Assembly: GCA_010405405.1 (NCBI GenBank) | Contig: MU004236.1 | Span: 384,576-448,575 of the forward strand | Source: Microthyrium microscopicum | Lineage: Eukaryota | Length of the DNA: 64,000 nt | Direction of reading: 5' to 3' | Shown here: piece after piece, positions 1 through 12,667 of the stretch | How positions within the stretch are numbered: position 1 is the stretch's first letter | Layout: every line of letters begins with the position of its first letter | Notes under the pieces: model-generated | What the model saw: only the letters and a program-made list of their open reading frames with translations | The model's database searches: none | What the model was told of the DNA's origin: nothing | Translations under genes and position numbers: made by a program

Positions 1-122
1 GATATGTTGAATTCCCAACTCATAATTGAAGTGGACACTTGGCTCACATACAGGCCAATTATAAGCGAGCTGTGTAAGGTATCTAGTAGGCTGAGCCAGA
101 AGTTTCTTCCAACTTCACCTCC

Positions 123-545
123 ATGTTTGTTATCTGCCTTTGGTCCAAATTTCCCAGCCTCAAGCATGTCCTTTACGGTGTGAAATATCCAGCTCTTTGT
201 CCATTGTGCCATGCAGAATTTCGAGTCATAGTCGGAACTGGAATCTTGACGACTAGAGACATCCCATGTTCAGCCTGCCAGAAGATCACCGCTATTCGTC
301 TCTTCAACAGATGTGCATATCCCAGTAACTCCTTTGAAATGGCTTGGGACCTGAAAGATGTGCGTTTACAGCAGAAAATAGGTCATCTATGCCATTTCAT
401 CTTCAAGATACTACAAAGCTCGCCGGTAATTGCGAACCTTGACAGTGGAGTCATTCGTATTCTGACTCCAACAAGTTCAATTTCATCGGCCTCAGATTAC
501 GAGATGGCTACAGAAGAGGTCCGACTTGGCTGTCTGGCGCTCTGA
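123..545 (+). other. Possible gene fragment or pseudogene exon containing a CxxC-x19-CxxC pattern
   Basis: 140-aa ORF with CPLC...CSAC. An overlapping open frame at 1-183 could be a frameshifted upstream part. No family recognised. Confidence 0.2.
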
Positions 546-2302
546 ATCTCGCCGTTGAATGGGTGAAGACCACCAGAGTGTCAAATTTACCAACATCAGC
601 ATTGCCGCCTCCTGGGGAGCATGAGATCAGAAAAGATCCACCACTTTTAGCAAGACATAACAAGCCAAGGTATCGATATAGAAATGAAGTTGTTGAAAGC
701 AAAAGCACATATTTTGCAGCTTGTGGTAGTACCCCTGTACCTAGCCAACTAGCCCCTATCCCAGGCCCCTATCTCAGCCCCTTCAAAGGTTTAGCCTTTA
801 GCCTTTAGGATCCTAGATTTCTTGATTTCCTACAAGTCCCTATATTTATACTACCTATTACCATAAACTAGACACAAATCCAAGGACTTCATAGAGAAAT
901 TTTTTGCTCCAAAAGTTGCGTCTAACGTGGTCCACCAGAAGCATATAACATATTACACACGAGCCTGAATGCGGTCATCAATCGTCCAAAGTGGTAAGAG
1001 AGGTTCATTATCATCAGTACCTACCTACTTTATTCCCTCATGGCTGAACCCTTGATCAACTCAAATGCATGCAAAGAGAATTACTCGGGGTCGCCCTTAC
1101 CGCCTGAGAAACCAGCCACCCCGTCAAAGACGCTCGGTTGGCACGTTGGATCGATCATCACGATTACCACGAGAGAGATATGAGATGTGAAAACAATACT
1201 GTCTAGTCTTTCGTTCGACTTGCAATCATTTCGCTCGAAAACTGGTTGGTGGTCCCTGAATTGTCCATTACTATTGTTCAGTATCTCCTCTAGAGACACA
1301 GTAATGACCAAACATTTCTAACCAATAACAAGAAGGGCATAAATCACTCACTCGGAAGTTGTTGGCAAGGGTAGCTCCAAAATTTGGAGCTCAATTTGTG
1401 GTTCCGGTTGTTACGTTTTAGCGTGAACTGTACCGTACATGACATTAGCAAATCCCTAGAAGTTCTAGACCTTCATGCAGTGTATCGCAAGGGTTTACCT
1501 GACTAGTGAAGGTCCGATAAGGCTTATAGCAGACAAGCATTTCCTTATTTCAAATCGAGTTTAGCTTCGAGGTACAGCGTAAGCCCGTGCTGCTCTACTG
1601 GTGGCTGACTGGTCGGGGAAGTCGCGTCCCTGTTCTTCAGGATCTTAGCATTTCCATCTCAATGGTAAGTCGCGTGATGAATCTCTCCTTGCCGAATCAA
1701 TTGTCCAATCATTGCAAATCCGTAATTTCATTCCTTCAAGCTCCATGTCCTAGCTGCACTGTGCAGCATGTGAAGGATCAAAATACCGACTCGATTCGCG
1801 GGTAGAAACGGTGTAAAGTTCCTTCAGGATCTTGATGTGCCTCTGAACGCAACCAGCATCATGGGCTATGCAAAGGTATGCCCGAGTAGTAAGTACTGCT
1901 GGCACTATGCCTAGCAACGGCATGTATCGTTCAGATCAATAGCCGGTAAGCCTCTCCAAAGATGAGGGGCTGAATCATAGTGCACTTCTTGAGTACTAGA
2001 TGCGTGATTAAATCCCTAGCTTCAAGAGCACACGCTGGACAGGCCACAGGCCAGCATACCAGTGACACAGGCAGCTCCATCCTCCTGCCCATATATTGTC
2101 GCCATGGCCTGTCCTCGTTTGTCTTTCCCTTCCTCTCCTCACACCAGATCTGAAATTCAAACAATGCTGGCGGATATCCAAACACTCAGAACACTTTCAA
2201 CAAGCCCAAGCTCATCCTTGAAGCAAATTTACTCTATTGCTCAATAACATTCAGCAAAAGTTCAGGTATTTTCCCTGAATATCTCCAAATCCTATCTCGA
2301 AT

Positions 2303-5300
2303 ATGGATGAAAAAACCGGCGCCATGGAGAAAGACACTATCCTCAACACCACAACCGATCAACAAGAGAATTTAGCAGCTGGCGAAGCCCAAAGAATCCA
2401 ATTTGCCCAGTCTGCAAGACCTTCGCGCCCTCGCGTAGTAGGCGATGACAACGATGATGCCATATCACGACGACGACGCTCCAGCGTTGCGTCAATCCCA
2501 CGGGTCATGACTGAGAAGGAGCAAGTCCGTCGTAAACGCGAGAAAGAAGAAGAAAAGAAGAACGTCGACATCGATGAACATAAAATGACTCATGAAGAGG
2601 TCGCCGAAAGATACAATACCCTAATCAACCTCAGCAAACCGGGCAATTCACTCGGTTTAACGGCAGCACAGGCTGAATCTTTGCTTCAGACTCATGGCGC
2701 CAATGTTTTGACCCCACCCAAAAAGAGACATCCTCTGCTCAAGTATCTGGATTCTCTGACAAGCTTGTTCAATTTATTGTTGATCGTTGCCGGTGTTTTG
2801 GAATACATTCTTCTCGGCATCGACTACAAAGACAACTTTCAGAACACTTATCTTGGAGCCATCTTGATTCTTGTGGCGTTTGCCAACGCCTTCATCGAGT
2901 TTTATCAGCAACAAAAGTCGCAAAAGCTTTTGGAATCCTTTCTCAGTATGATTCCAGCCAAGTGCATGTGTATCCGTGATGGCAAACTGGCCCAACTGGA
3001 TGCTCATTCCTTGGTCCCTGGAGACGTCGTCTTCATCCGAATGGGCGATAAAACACCAGCTGACTGCGTTATCTTCAATTCCTCAGACTGCAAAGTGGAC
3101 AATTCTTCTCTAACAGGTATGTTCTTGATCCTTGATTGAGTATCTCCTTTACTAACTTTTGGTTCAAGGTGAATCCGAGCCACAGGAGAGAGTGAAAGAC
3201 AACGACATGGAAAATCCTTTGGAAGCCACCAATCTTATGTTCAACAGTACCTTGGTCGTCTCAGGAGAGGCCTACGGCATTGTCATCAGAACCGGCGACC
3301 GGACTGTTCTAGGCCAGATCGCCAACTTGACTGCTGGCGAAGAGAAGGCGCCGTCACCTCTGGCCCACGAAATTGATCACTTCGTGAAGATCATAGCATC
3401 CATCGCCATAACTACTGCTTTGGTCTTCTTTGGAATCGCCTTCCCAGTCAACAACAACAATGTCTCTTTGGCCTTGAACTTCGCCATCGGTATATTTGTT
3501 GCTTGGGTACCAGAAGGTCTACCAGCCACTGTCACTATGCTGCTTACTATTGCGGCCAAGAGAATGGCTGGCCAAAATGTCTTGGTCAAAGATTTACAAG
3601 GAGTCGAAACTTTAGGAGCCATCACATTACTCGCCACCGACAAGACTGGAACGTTGACACGTAATCGGATGACAGCTGCAAACTTCTGGACCTGTGGAAA
3701 GATGTACGAAGCATTCAATCGAGCTGGTGCCGACAAAGACATCGCTGATGTCAACCAACCTGGAATTATCAACCTTCTGTTCATCTCGGCCCTTTGTTCG
3801 CGTGCAAAGTTTGACCGTACGGATGTCCCCATTGAGGATCGAGAGATTCTTGGTGATGCTACAGAAAGTGGTCTGGTCAGATATGCTGCCGAGCAGCTTG
3901 ACGACTTTGATAATCTGGCAGATACTTATCCCAAAGTTTTCGAAATGCCATTCAACTCCGATACAAAGTGGCACATGAGCATCCATCAAAAGCAACATGC
4001 AAATGGTCCATTGACTTTGTACATCAAAGGAGCTCCAGAGCGTATTTGGCGCCTCTGCAATCGTGTTCTCACAGGTCTTGATCAGTCGAGAGATATGATC
4101 GACGCGGATAAAGACGCTTACGATGAAATGTACGAGAACATGGCTGGTCGTGGACATCGTGTCTTGGGCTTTGCAGAATTGCTCTTGCCAGGTGATCAAT
4201 ACCCTGCCGACTTTGTGTTTGACAAAAAAGCCAAGAACTATCCTTTGGGCGACTTTGTCTTCGTTGGTCTCGCTTCACTGCAGGATCCACCCAAACATGG
4301 CGTTCGTGAAGCGATCGGTCGCTGCCGAGCTGCAGGTATCAAAGTCATGATGGTCACTGGCGATCATCCGCTTACTGCCGAAGCCATTGGGCGCAAAATC
4401 AATCTCATGTTGAGCGACACAAAAGCAGAGGTTGCGAAGAAGAAGGGCAAGCCTATCAGTGAGGTTGGAGAAGACGAATTCCATGCCGTTGTTGTTCACG
4501 GTGAACAGATCGACACACTGACTGATGCCGAGTGGGATAATATCTTCTGGAAAGACGAAATAATCTTTGCACGAACATCACCAAAACACAAACTAGAGAT
4601 TGTTCGTCGTGCTCAAAGTATGGGTCATATCGTCGGTGTTACTGGCGATGGTGTCAACGATTCTCCTGCCTTGAAGAAGGCTGATTTGGGCATTGCCATG
4701 AACATGTCGGGCTCTGATGTTTCGAAAGAAGCAGCCTCCATGATTCTGTTGGATGATAACTTTGCTTCCACTGTTCGGGGTATAGAAGAGGGTCGTTTGG
4801 TGAGTTTTACCCCAGAACAAAGACAATATCAAATTACTAACAAAAATCTAGATCTTCATCAACTTGAAAAAGTCGATCCAGTATACAATCTCTCACTCTA
4901 CGCCAGAGGTTATTCCCAATTTGCTCTACGTCATAGTACCCATTCCACTGCCTCTGTCCGCGATTTTGATTCTGGTCATTGATCTTGGATTCGAACTGAT
5001 CGCCGCCTTGTCATTTGCTTGGGATCCAGCAGAGTCCAATGAGGGTCTGATGAAGCTACCTCCCCGGAAACCAGTCACACCGCAGACAACTGACCTCTTC
5101 CGTCGACGTGCTCTACGTCAAACAAGATCTCATTTCGACGAAGAAGCCGGCGTAATCGTCAGTCCGAAAGACCAGACCAAAATCCAACAGATCCTCTGGA
5201 AACTTCATCAGCCATTCACCAAGGCCTGGTGGCAAGACAGATTCGAGCCCACCGGTGGTGAAGTTCTCGTAGACGGCGCTCTTCTGTCTTGGGCATATCT

Positions 5301-5874
5301 CGAAATAGGTATCCTCGAAGCTATTGGTGCCTTGACCGCATTTTTCGTAGTCCTCGATCGCCGTGGCATCAGTCCACGCGATGCGCGAATTATGCAGAAA
5401 GGCAACGGTGCACCAACAAACTACTGGACCAAGGACGCTCAACCATACAAAGGAATCAACGGTCATGAGCAGGCTGATATCTTGGCTGAGGCACAGTCGA
5501 TGTATTACTTTGCCATCTTCACTATGCAATGCTTCAACCTGTTCGCTTGCAAGACAAGATTCACGCTACCATTTGGCAAGTATATGTTTGCGAACCGGGT
5601 TACGTTCTACTCGATCCTTGGTGGCGCCTGCTTGGCGGTGTTCATCATATATACGCCCGGGGTCGAGGTTGTCTTCAAGACATCGCGCAGTCTCAGCCCG
5701 TTGTACTGGCTTATTCCGATCGCGTTTGGGTTTGTAATCATTGCGTACGCTTCGCTTCGTTTGATTATTAGTCGTAAGGCAAAACCGATTAAGTGGAATC
5801 CTGAGGTCTCTGGACTTCAGATGTACCCGACAATCCGCACTACTCGGACCATGAGTACTGCAAGAAGTATTTAG
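2303..5874 (+). CDS. P-type ATPase, subtype IIC (Na,K/H,K-ATPase alpha-like; fungal ACU-type cation uptake ATPase)
   Basis: Three exons with introns 3117-3168 and 4800-4851 (GT..AG, CTAAC branch) restoring LTGESE and GRLIFINLKK. Motifs VPEGL, DKTGTLT, KGAPE, DPP, MVTGDH, TGDGVNDSPALKKAD, IDLG, FACKTR. Confidence 0.95.
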
Positions 5875-6287
5875 TGTGGTGAAGGTGCTTGCAAGTTACT
5901 TGTCCACAAGAGAGGCAATATGAGGATGGAAGCGAAGCACATGATGGAGATATTTTTAACAAATTGGTAAATGCTTGAGGCGCTGTAATTATTTGACTTG
6001 CTTCTTTTAGGGAGCAGTAATTTGGTTATCACTTTCATATCATAACATACGTTAATGTCATGATGACCTATACTGGTTATGCACTGTTTGAAATATCCAC
6101 AATATCCCAATGAGATCCTCGTGCATCGACAGTAAATTCGACTATCTTCAATATCCGAACAGAGGCTGCGTCCTTTTGTCTAAGCCTTTGTTGGGGAAGC
6201 ATACTCAATACTTTCACTGTAAACCATGCACCTCTTCTGACCCTTCATCCCTCCCATTTCAACTGTTGTGCAAGGCCAACCGATCCT

Positions 6288-7623
6288 CTACACCGACTCG
6301 AAAAGAACTCGGGCCTGTTCCATTGCTTGCTTCATCTTGAAAAGCTGTGCTTCAAGTTCCCACTTATCTGCAGCAAGTGTCGCCGTTTCCCTTTTCGCTT
6401 CAAACAGCTCCGTCGACAGTTGGGCAGAAATACCTAGCACGGATTTTTCGCTTGACGACAGTTTCTTGTTCTCCATCATCAAGCCTGCATTTTGCTGCTT
6501 CAAGCCTAACAGGATCTGAACGAGTCCTTCGAAATATTGCCGTGTTCCACTCCATGTATTTGGGTCTGGTATCTCCGCAATACCCTCGTGTATTCTTGTG
6601 GCCAGCTTATCTGTGTCGATAGCTCCCAGACAGTAGTAATTGTCTATTAGCCTAGTTTGCGGAAGTTCCCCAGGAACGAAAAATGGATCAAGCTCGTGCT
6701 TGTAGATCCAGTGATAGTGTGGATCGAGACAGTCCATTGCAACCAAGTCATAGGGTCGGGCTTTACTGACACATCCGAGATGAAACTCCATTCCATGAGC
6801 TTTCTTCATCCAACTAAAGATTGCCTAGAATATGATTGAGTACGAAATCATCTCATCCGGAAGGACTATTAGGGGGATCTTACATGGGCAATGAGATTGA
6901 TGTGGGTGAATGCATTGCCTACATGGAAGATCGATTTCTCAAGCGAAGCTGAGTGATGAATTGCCTATATTATTAGCCTGGAGATATCATAAAATGCCAA
7001 ATGAAGCCATGGGCAGTCCTTACCACTAGATCAGCGACGATGGGGCGAGGCAGAACGTTCGGGTATTGTGCTTCCAAGCTCTTCACCACAGCAACAAATC
7101 CACTTAGAAACTTGTCGGCTGACTCGTAACCTATGTGACAGCCTCCTCCCGGAAAAGATTCCTCAAACAACAACTGTGCTCCCTCGGTGTTCGAAGGCCA
7201 ATGCATTCGATCTTCAATAAGCCAATTCCATCGGCGATTCATGGTGAGCAAATCCACTGACCTTCGTGTTGCTTCGGTATTCGAAAGCCAATGCATTCGA
7301 TCTTGTTCTTTGCCAGGAGGTGATACGTGGGTGACCTGGACAGAATCCAGTTCCACATCAGCCTTATCAATCGAAGGCAGATCAATCTCTGAGAAATAAT
7401 CCGGGAACGAGAAATCAAAGTTGTCCGTGGTGTCAGGGGGAACTTTCTTGCCGGTATTAGTCTCTTCCACAGACTCGACCAATTCATCAGAATCCTGAAG
7501 CAATGACCAATCCAACGGGTCTGGAGTCAATAGGGCATTCTCAATCTTAGCAGACTCGAGCGTATTGTCAATGGTGTCGTCGTTTTCAGCAGGAGAGGTT
7601 TTTTGTCTTCGCGACGGGTTCAT
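6288..7623 (-). CDS. Uncharacterised ~405-aa protein: acidic disordered N-terminus, possible degenerate OTU/papain-like core, C-terminal coiled coil
   Basis: Two 59-nt phase-0 introns (6965-7023, 6825-6883; GTAAG..TAG) join the two listed ORFs and an 81-nt middle exon into one open frame. The start ATG at 7623 is a best guess. Confidence 0.7.
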
Positions 7624-8503
7624 CAACTGATTCTGCTTTTGTGGCCTGTCATGTGTTAGCACACCATTTGCTAGACCCAAGACCCCAAAGTGCTATGTCA
7701 GCTATCGAGGGGTGCGAAATAGCACTGGAGCTTAGTAGCTCATGCCGCAGCTTCAAAGTCATCATAAAAGGCGATGGCATGCTTGCAAGAACACAGGTGG
7801 TGTTTCCGGCCATGATGAGAGAATGTCAAAGGGAAGAAACATACGGGGTTAGACTCCGCCTTGGGTGGGATGATGGCATAAACGCCATTTGCGTCACTCA
7901 TGTTGAGATATTGACGATAGGTTGAGGAATAAGTGGACGAGTCACGAAGGCGATTCGAAAAGGGGGAGCAGTGTTAGCCGTAGGAGATGGCTAAGATGTA
8001 AGAAGTCAAGGCAGAGGTTAAGGAAACTTAAGTTGAGGATGTTTCTTTGTCCATTTATCAAAGCGGTCGACGAGGCCAGGAGGAAATGATGCTAGAGGGG
8101 CCCTTCGAGGAAAGAGCGACCACATGGTGTAGATAGGACGTTAAGAGTTATAAATCAGGCTGAGACAAGGCTGCCAAGCAAATGCTCTGACCAATCAAAT
8201 GTCTCTTCAGCCCCATAGCCTGTAGCCAATTTTAGGCTACTGCTTTCTGTTGATCTTTGGCCAAAAATACCATTTTTCATCCCCTTGCAAAATCATCCTC
8301 ACGCCCTGCTTACCCAGCCCAGTTGTCAATGGCTGCGACACAATGCGCAGGCCTGCATGGCTTGCTAGTCAAGCCACCTTGTTATTCTCGTACTCTTCAT
8401 GTGCAACGTCCGCGATGATTGTCCGTCTCACTCCTCTTGACGCTCTCTTGAACACTCTCAGCACTTTACACCCAAAATCTAGATCCGAAGCTCGAATCGC
8501 GAC

Positions 8504-9384
8504 ATGGCCGATGCCCCAGAAGTTGTCCCCGGACCCATTCCCGACGAACTTCCAACTCCTCAGCCAAGTCCCTTTACGCGATTACACGAAAAGTCTCCTG
8601 TATCGCAAGAGCATACCGAGACCCCAAAACCGGCGGAGGCGACCGACACCGAAAAGATCGTCTCTGACATATCGTCTGCAGATAACGGATATTCGGAAAA
8701 GTCCCCCCTAGAGGTCGCGCGCGATACTAGTCAGCACAAAATAGTGGTGGCAGCTCCGGTGGATGGATGTCGTCCGATTCACGATGAGGAGAATCCGCTT
8801 GACACACCAGAAAATACTAAGTTTAAGCTTCCAAGATCTTCTGAAGAGGAATGGATGACACACTTTTGGGATTTCTGCAAGCCTATGAATTTGTGTAAGT
8901 CGTGGATCATTTTGGATACTAGAAAGCTAGAAGCTAGACACTGATTTTCTGTGCAGGTTTTGAAGCCTTCACTTGTCCTTGTATTCTTGCTGGTAGAACA
9001 TATAATCGTATCAACAGTCCGAACGACCCACATCAAACGAGCTCGAATGTATACGTGAGTCTTTCTCAAATTCTCCTATGATACTTGAGGCAGGATTTCT
9101 AATCATCTCATCCATAGTGTTGGAGCTGTGCTGGCTTGTCTCTACTCTTCCTAGGCGGAGCACCAGCTTGGTGGTTTCTGTTGAACTCGACGAGAAAGGA
9201 AATACGATATCGATACCACATCAAAGACAGCGGCTGGAATGACTGTTGGAAACCATTGATATGTCCATGTTGTGTGCTTATTCAAGAAGAAAAGGAAGTC
9301 ATTGCGCGAGAGAATCTACTGAAAGAAAAAGATCAACCGCCTTTGAGAGCAGACAATATGCTCTACCGGCCCCAGGAATCATAA
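8504..9384 (+). CDS. PLAC8 (DUF614/PCR-like) cysteine-rich protein
   Basis: Introns 8895-8956 and 9055-9117 give WxTxFWDFC...CFEAFTCPCIL...RKEIRYRYHIKDSGWNDCWKPLICPCCVLIQEEKEV, the PLAC8 pattern. Confidence 0.9.
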
Positions 9385-9453
9385 CTTTTGCATTTCACCA
9401 GACGATGGAAGCAATGTCATTGGGGATTTGACAGTGATTTCTTGGAAAGACTG

Positions 9454-10197
9454 CTAGTTCTTCTGCGATTGTTCCCCAGCATGATGAGTCTTGTAAGATA
9501 ACCAGTCATCAGCCCTCGGAAATGGTTCCTCCGGAACATTTGCACCCAAGAACCGGCACAAAGGGTCCCAGCCTTGAGAAACTTGGTACTCAAGGAACTT
9601 CCTACCCGCCGAAAGCTCTCGAACAGAGCTATTATGCTTTCGATAGGCCTCGATTCCCTTGGCCGGAAAATCATCTTCCCAAAGATGACGATGATATAAA
9701 CTCGCAATTGGCTTCTTCGGGAAATTGCAATGAGCATGCCAAAGAGTTGCCATCATAGATTTGTGCCAGACTTGCTCGTCACGAACAGTCAAAATGACGA
9801 GAGCGTCCGGATATGCTTTGATGAGCTCTTCTGCAAATATCATGGCAGGGACATCGGAAAGCGCCTATAGCAGTCAGCTCAAAGCAGAAGGATGTTCGAC
9901 GTGTATCAATTTACTTCATAGTTCCCCACAATGCGTTCAAAGTCCTCTGTTGTTGACCATTGCTTTCCTTTTCCTTCCACTTTGGCTTCAAGCGCCTCGA
10001 TCCATAACTCTTCGTGGTTGTTTTTACCTACTTCTCGCATATGATACACGGGTGACACTCCCAGTATCTTCAGTGCATCGGCAAGCGCTGTACTATGTCA
10101 GATTGGCTATCGTACTGCGTACAGGAAGTGAATACTAACATTGTGTCCCAGTTCGGGGCATTCCAAGAACGAGGACCTTCATATTGGAAGACTGCAT
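9454..10197 (-). CDS. Sulfotransferase-like P-loop protein (Sulfotransfer_4-type; often mislabelled NAD-dependent epimerase)
   Basis: Introns 10088-10139 and 9865-9914 give MKVLVLGMPRTGTQSLADALKILG...YHM...SDVPAMIFAEELIKAYPDA...ILTVRD...GWDPLCRFLG...PFPR. Confidence 0.88.
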
Positions 10198-11014
10198 AAG
10201 TTACGCTGATAGAGAAAGAGATATGAATACTGGGGCAAAATTGGAAGAGAAGACGTTGAGTTTATGGGGAACGTGTGTTAATCTACACTCAAATATCCCG
10301 CGTGATAAACTTCAGATCCTTCAGATCCTTCTGTTAAAGGTTGAGAGGCGTGGTTTAGCCATACTCACTGAGGCCTATGCAAGGTCTCATTTCTTGCTAC
10401 TGATATCATGTGTGATGCCTCACCGTAATAATTCTGTCGTCTTTGATTCAAGGAATGAGCCGATAGCTATTGCATACATTGGAAAATGCTGTTATCATGA
10501 ACCGTCGCCTTCAATTTGGCTGCGGATCGCCGGCTGCACGACATCAGGGGTAAAAAGAAATCTGGAGTTCACCAACCCTCCGAGCATGTAAGTAGACTTC
10601 TTATTTATCTTCACCTGCTTTCGAAGTGTATTCACCTTCTTTCCATTACAGTAATTTCTCCGCCAATGACACTGGTCTCCAGACAGCAACGAGCGAGCCA
10701 AGTGAGGGCATGGAAAGGCGGCCCGACAACCGTTGAGCCCCTCACCCACCGTTCAGGAAATGTGCCTGAGATCTCCGAGAATATATTGGATCGATGGAAT
10801 CATCCGCAGGTACAAATGATAGTCCGGACAAGAGATGATCACGCGAATCACCTTGGTCTTGTCCCGTGGGGTAAATGGGTTGAAATAGGCTGACTGCCGC
10901 CGTTATCGCTGCGTTGCTTCGTCCCTAAAACTAGGCTGTAGAGCTTCTAGATTGGCTTGGAGAAATTTCTTTATTTTGTTCTTGTTTTATCTTTGATACT
11001 GTGACCACAGCATC

Positions 11015-12667
<1,653 letters not shown>

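Noticed and set aside
724..863. 140-bp TpA-rich segment with TGGTAGTA...TATTACCA ends, resembling a solo LTR
   Set aside because: Flanks (GCTTG / TAAAC) give no TSD and there is no second copy in the window.
10310..10331. 9-bp period duplication CTTCAGATC as a possible MULE excision footprint
   Set aside because: Cannot be distinguished from replication slippage without an orthologous site.
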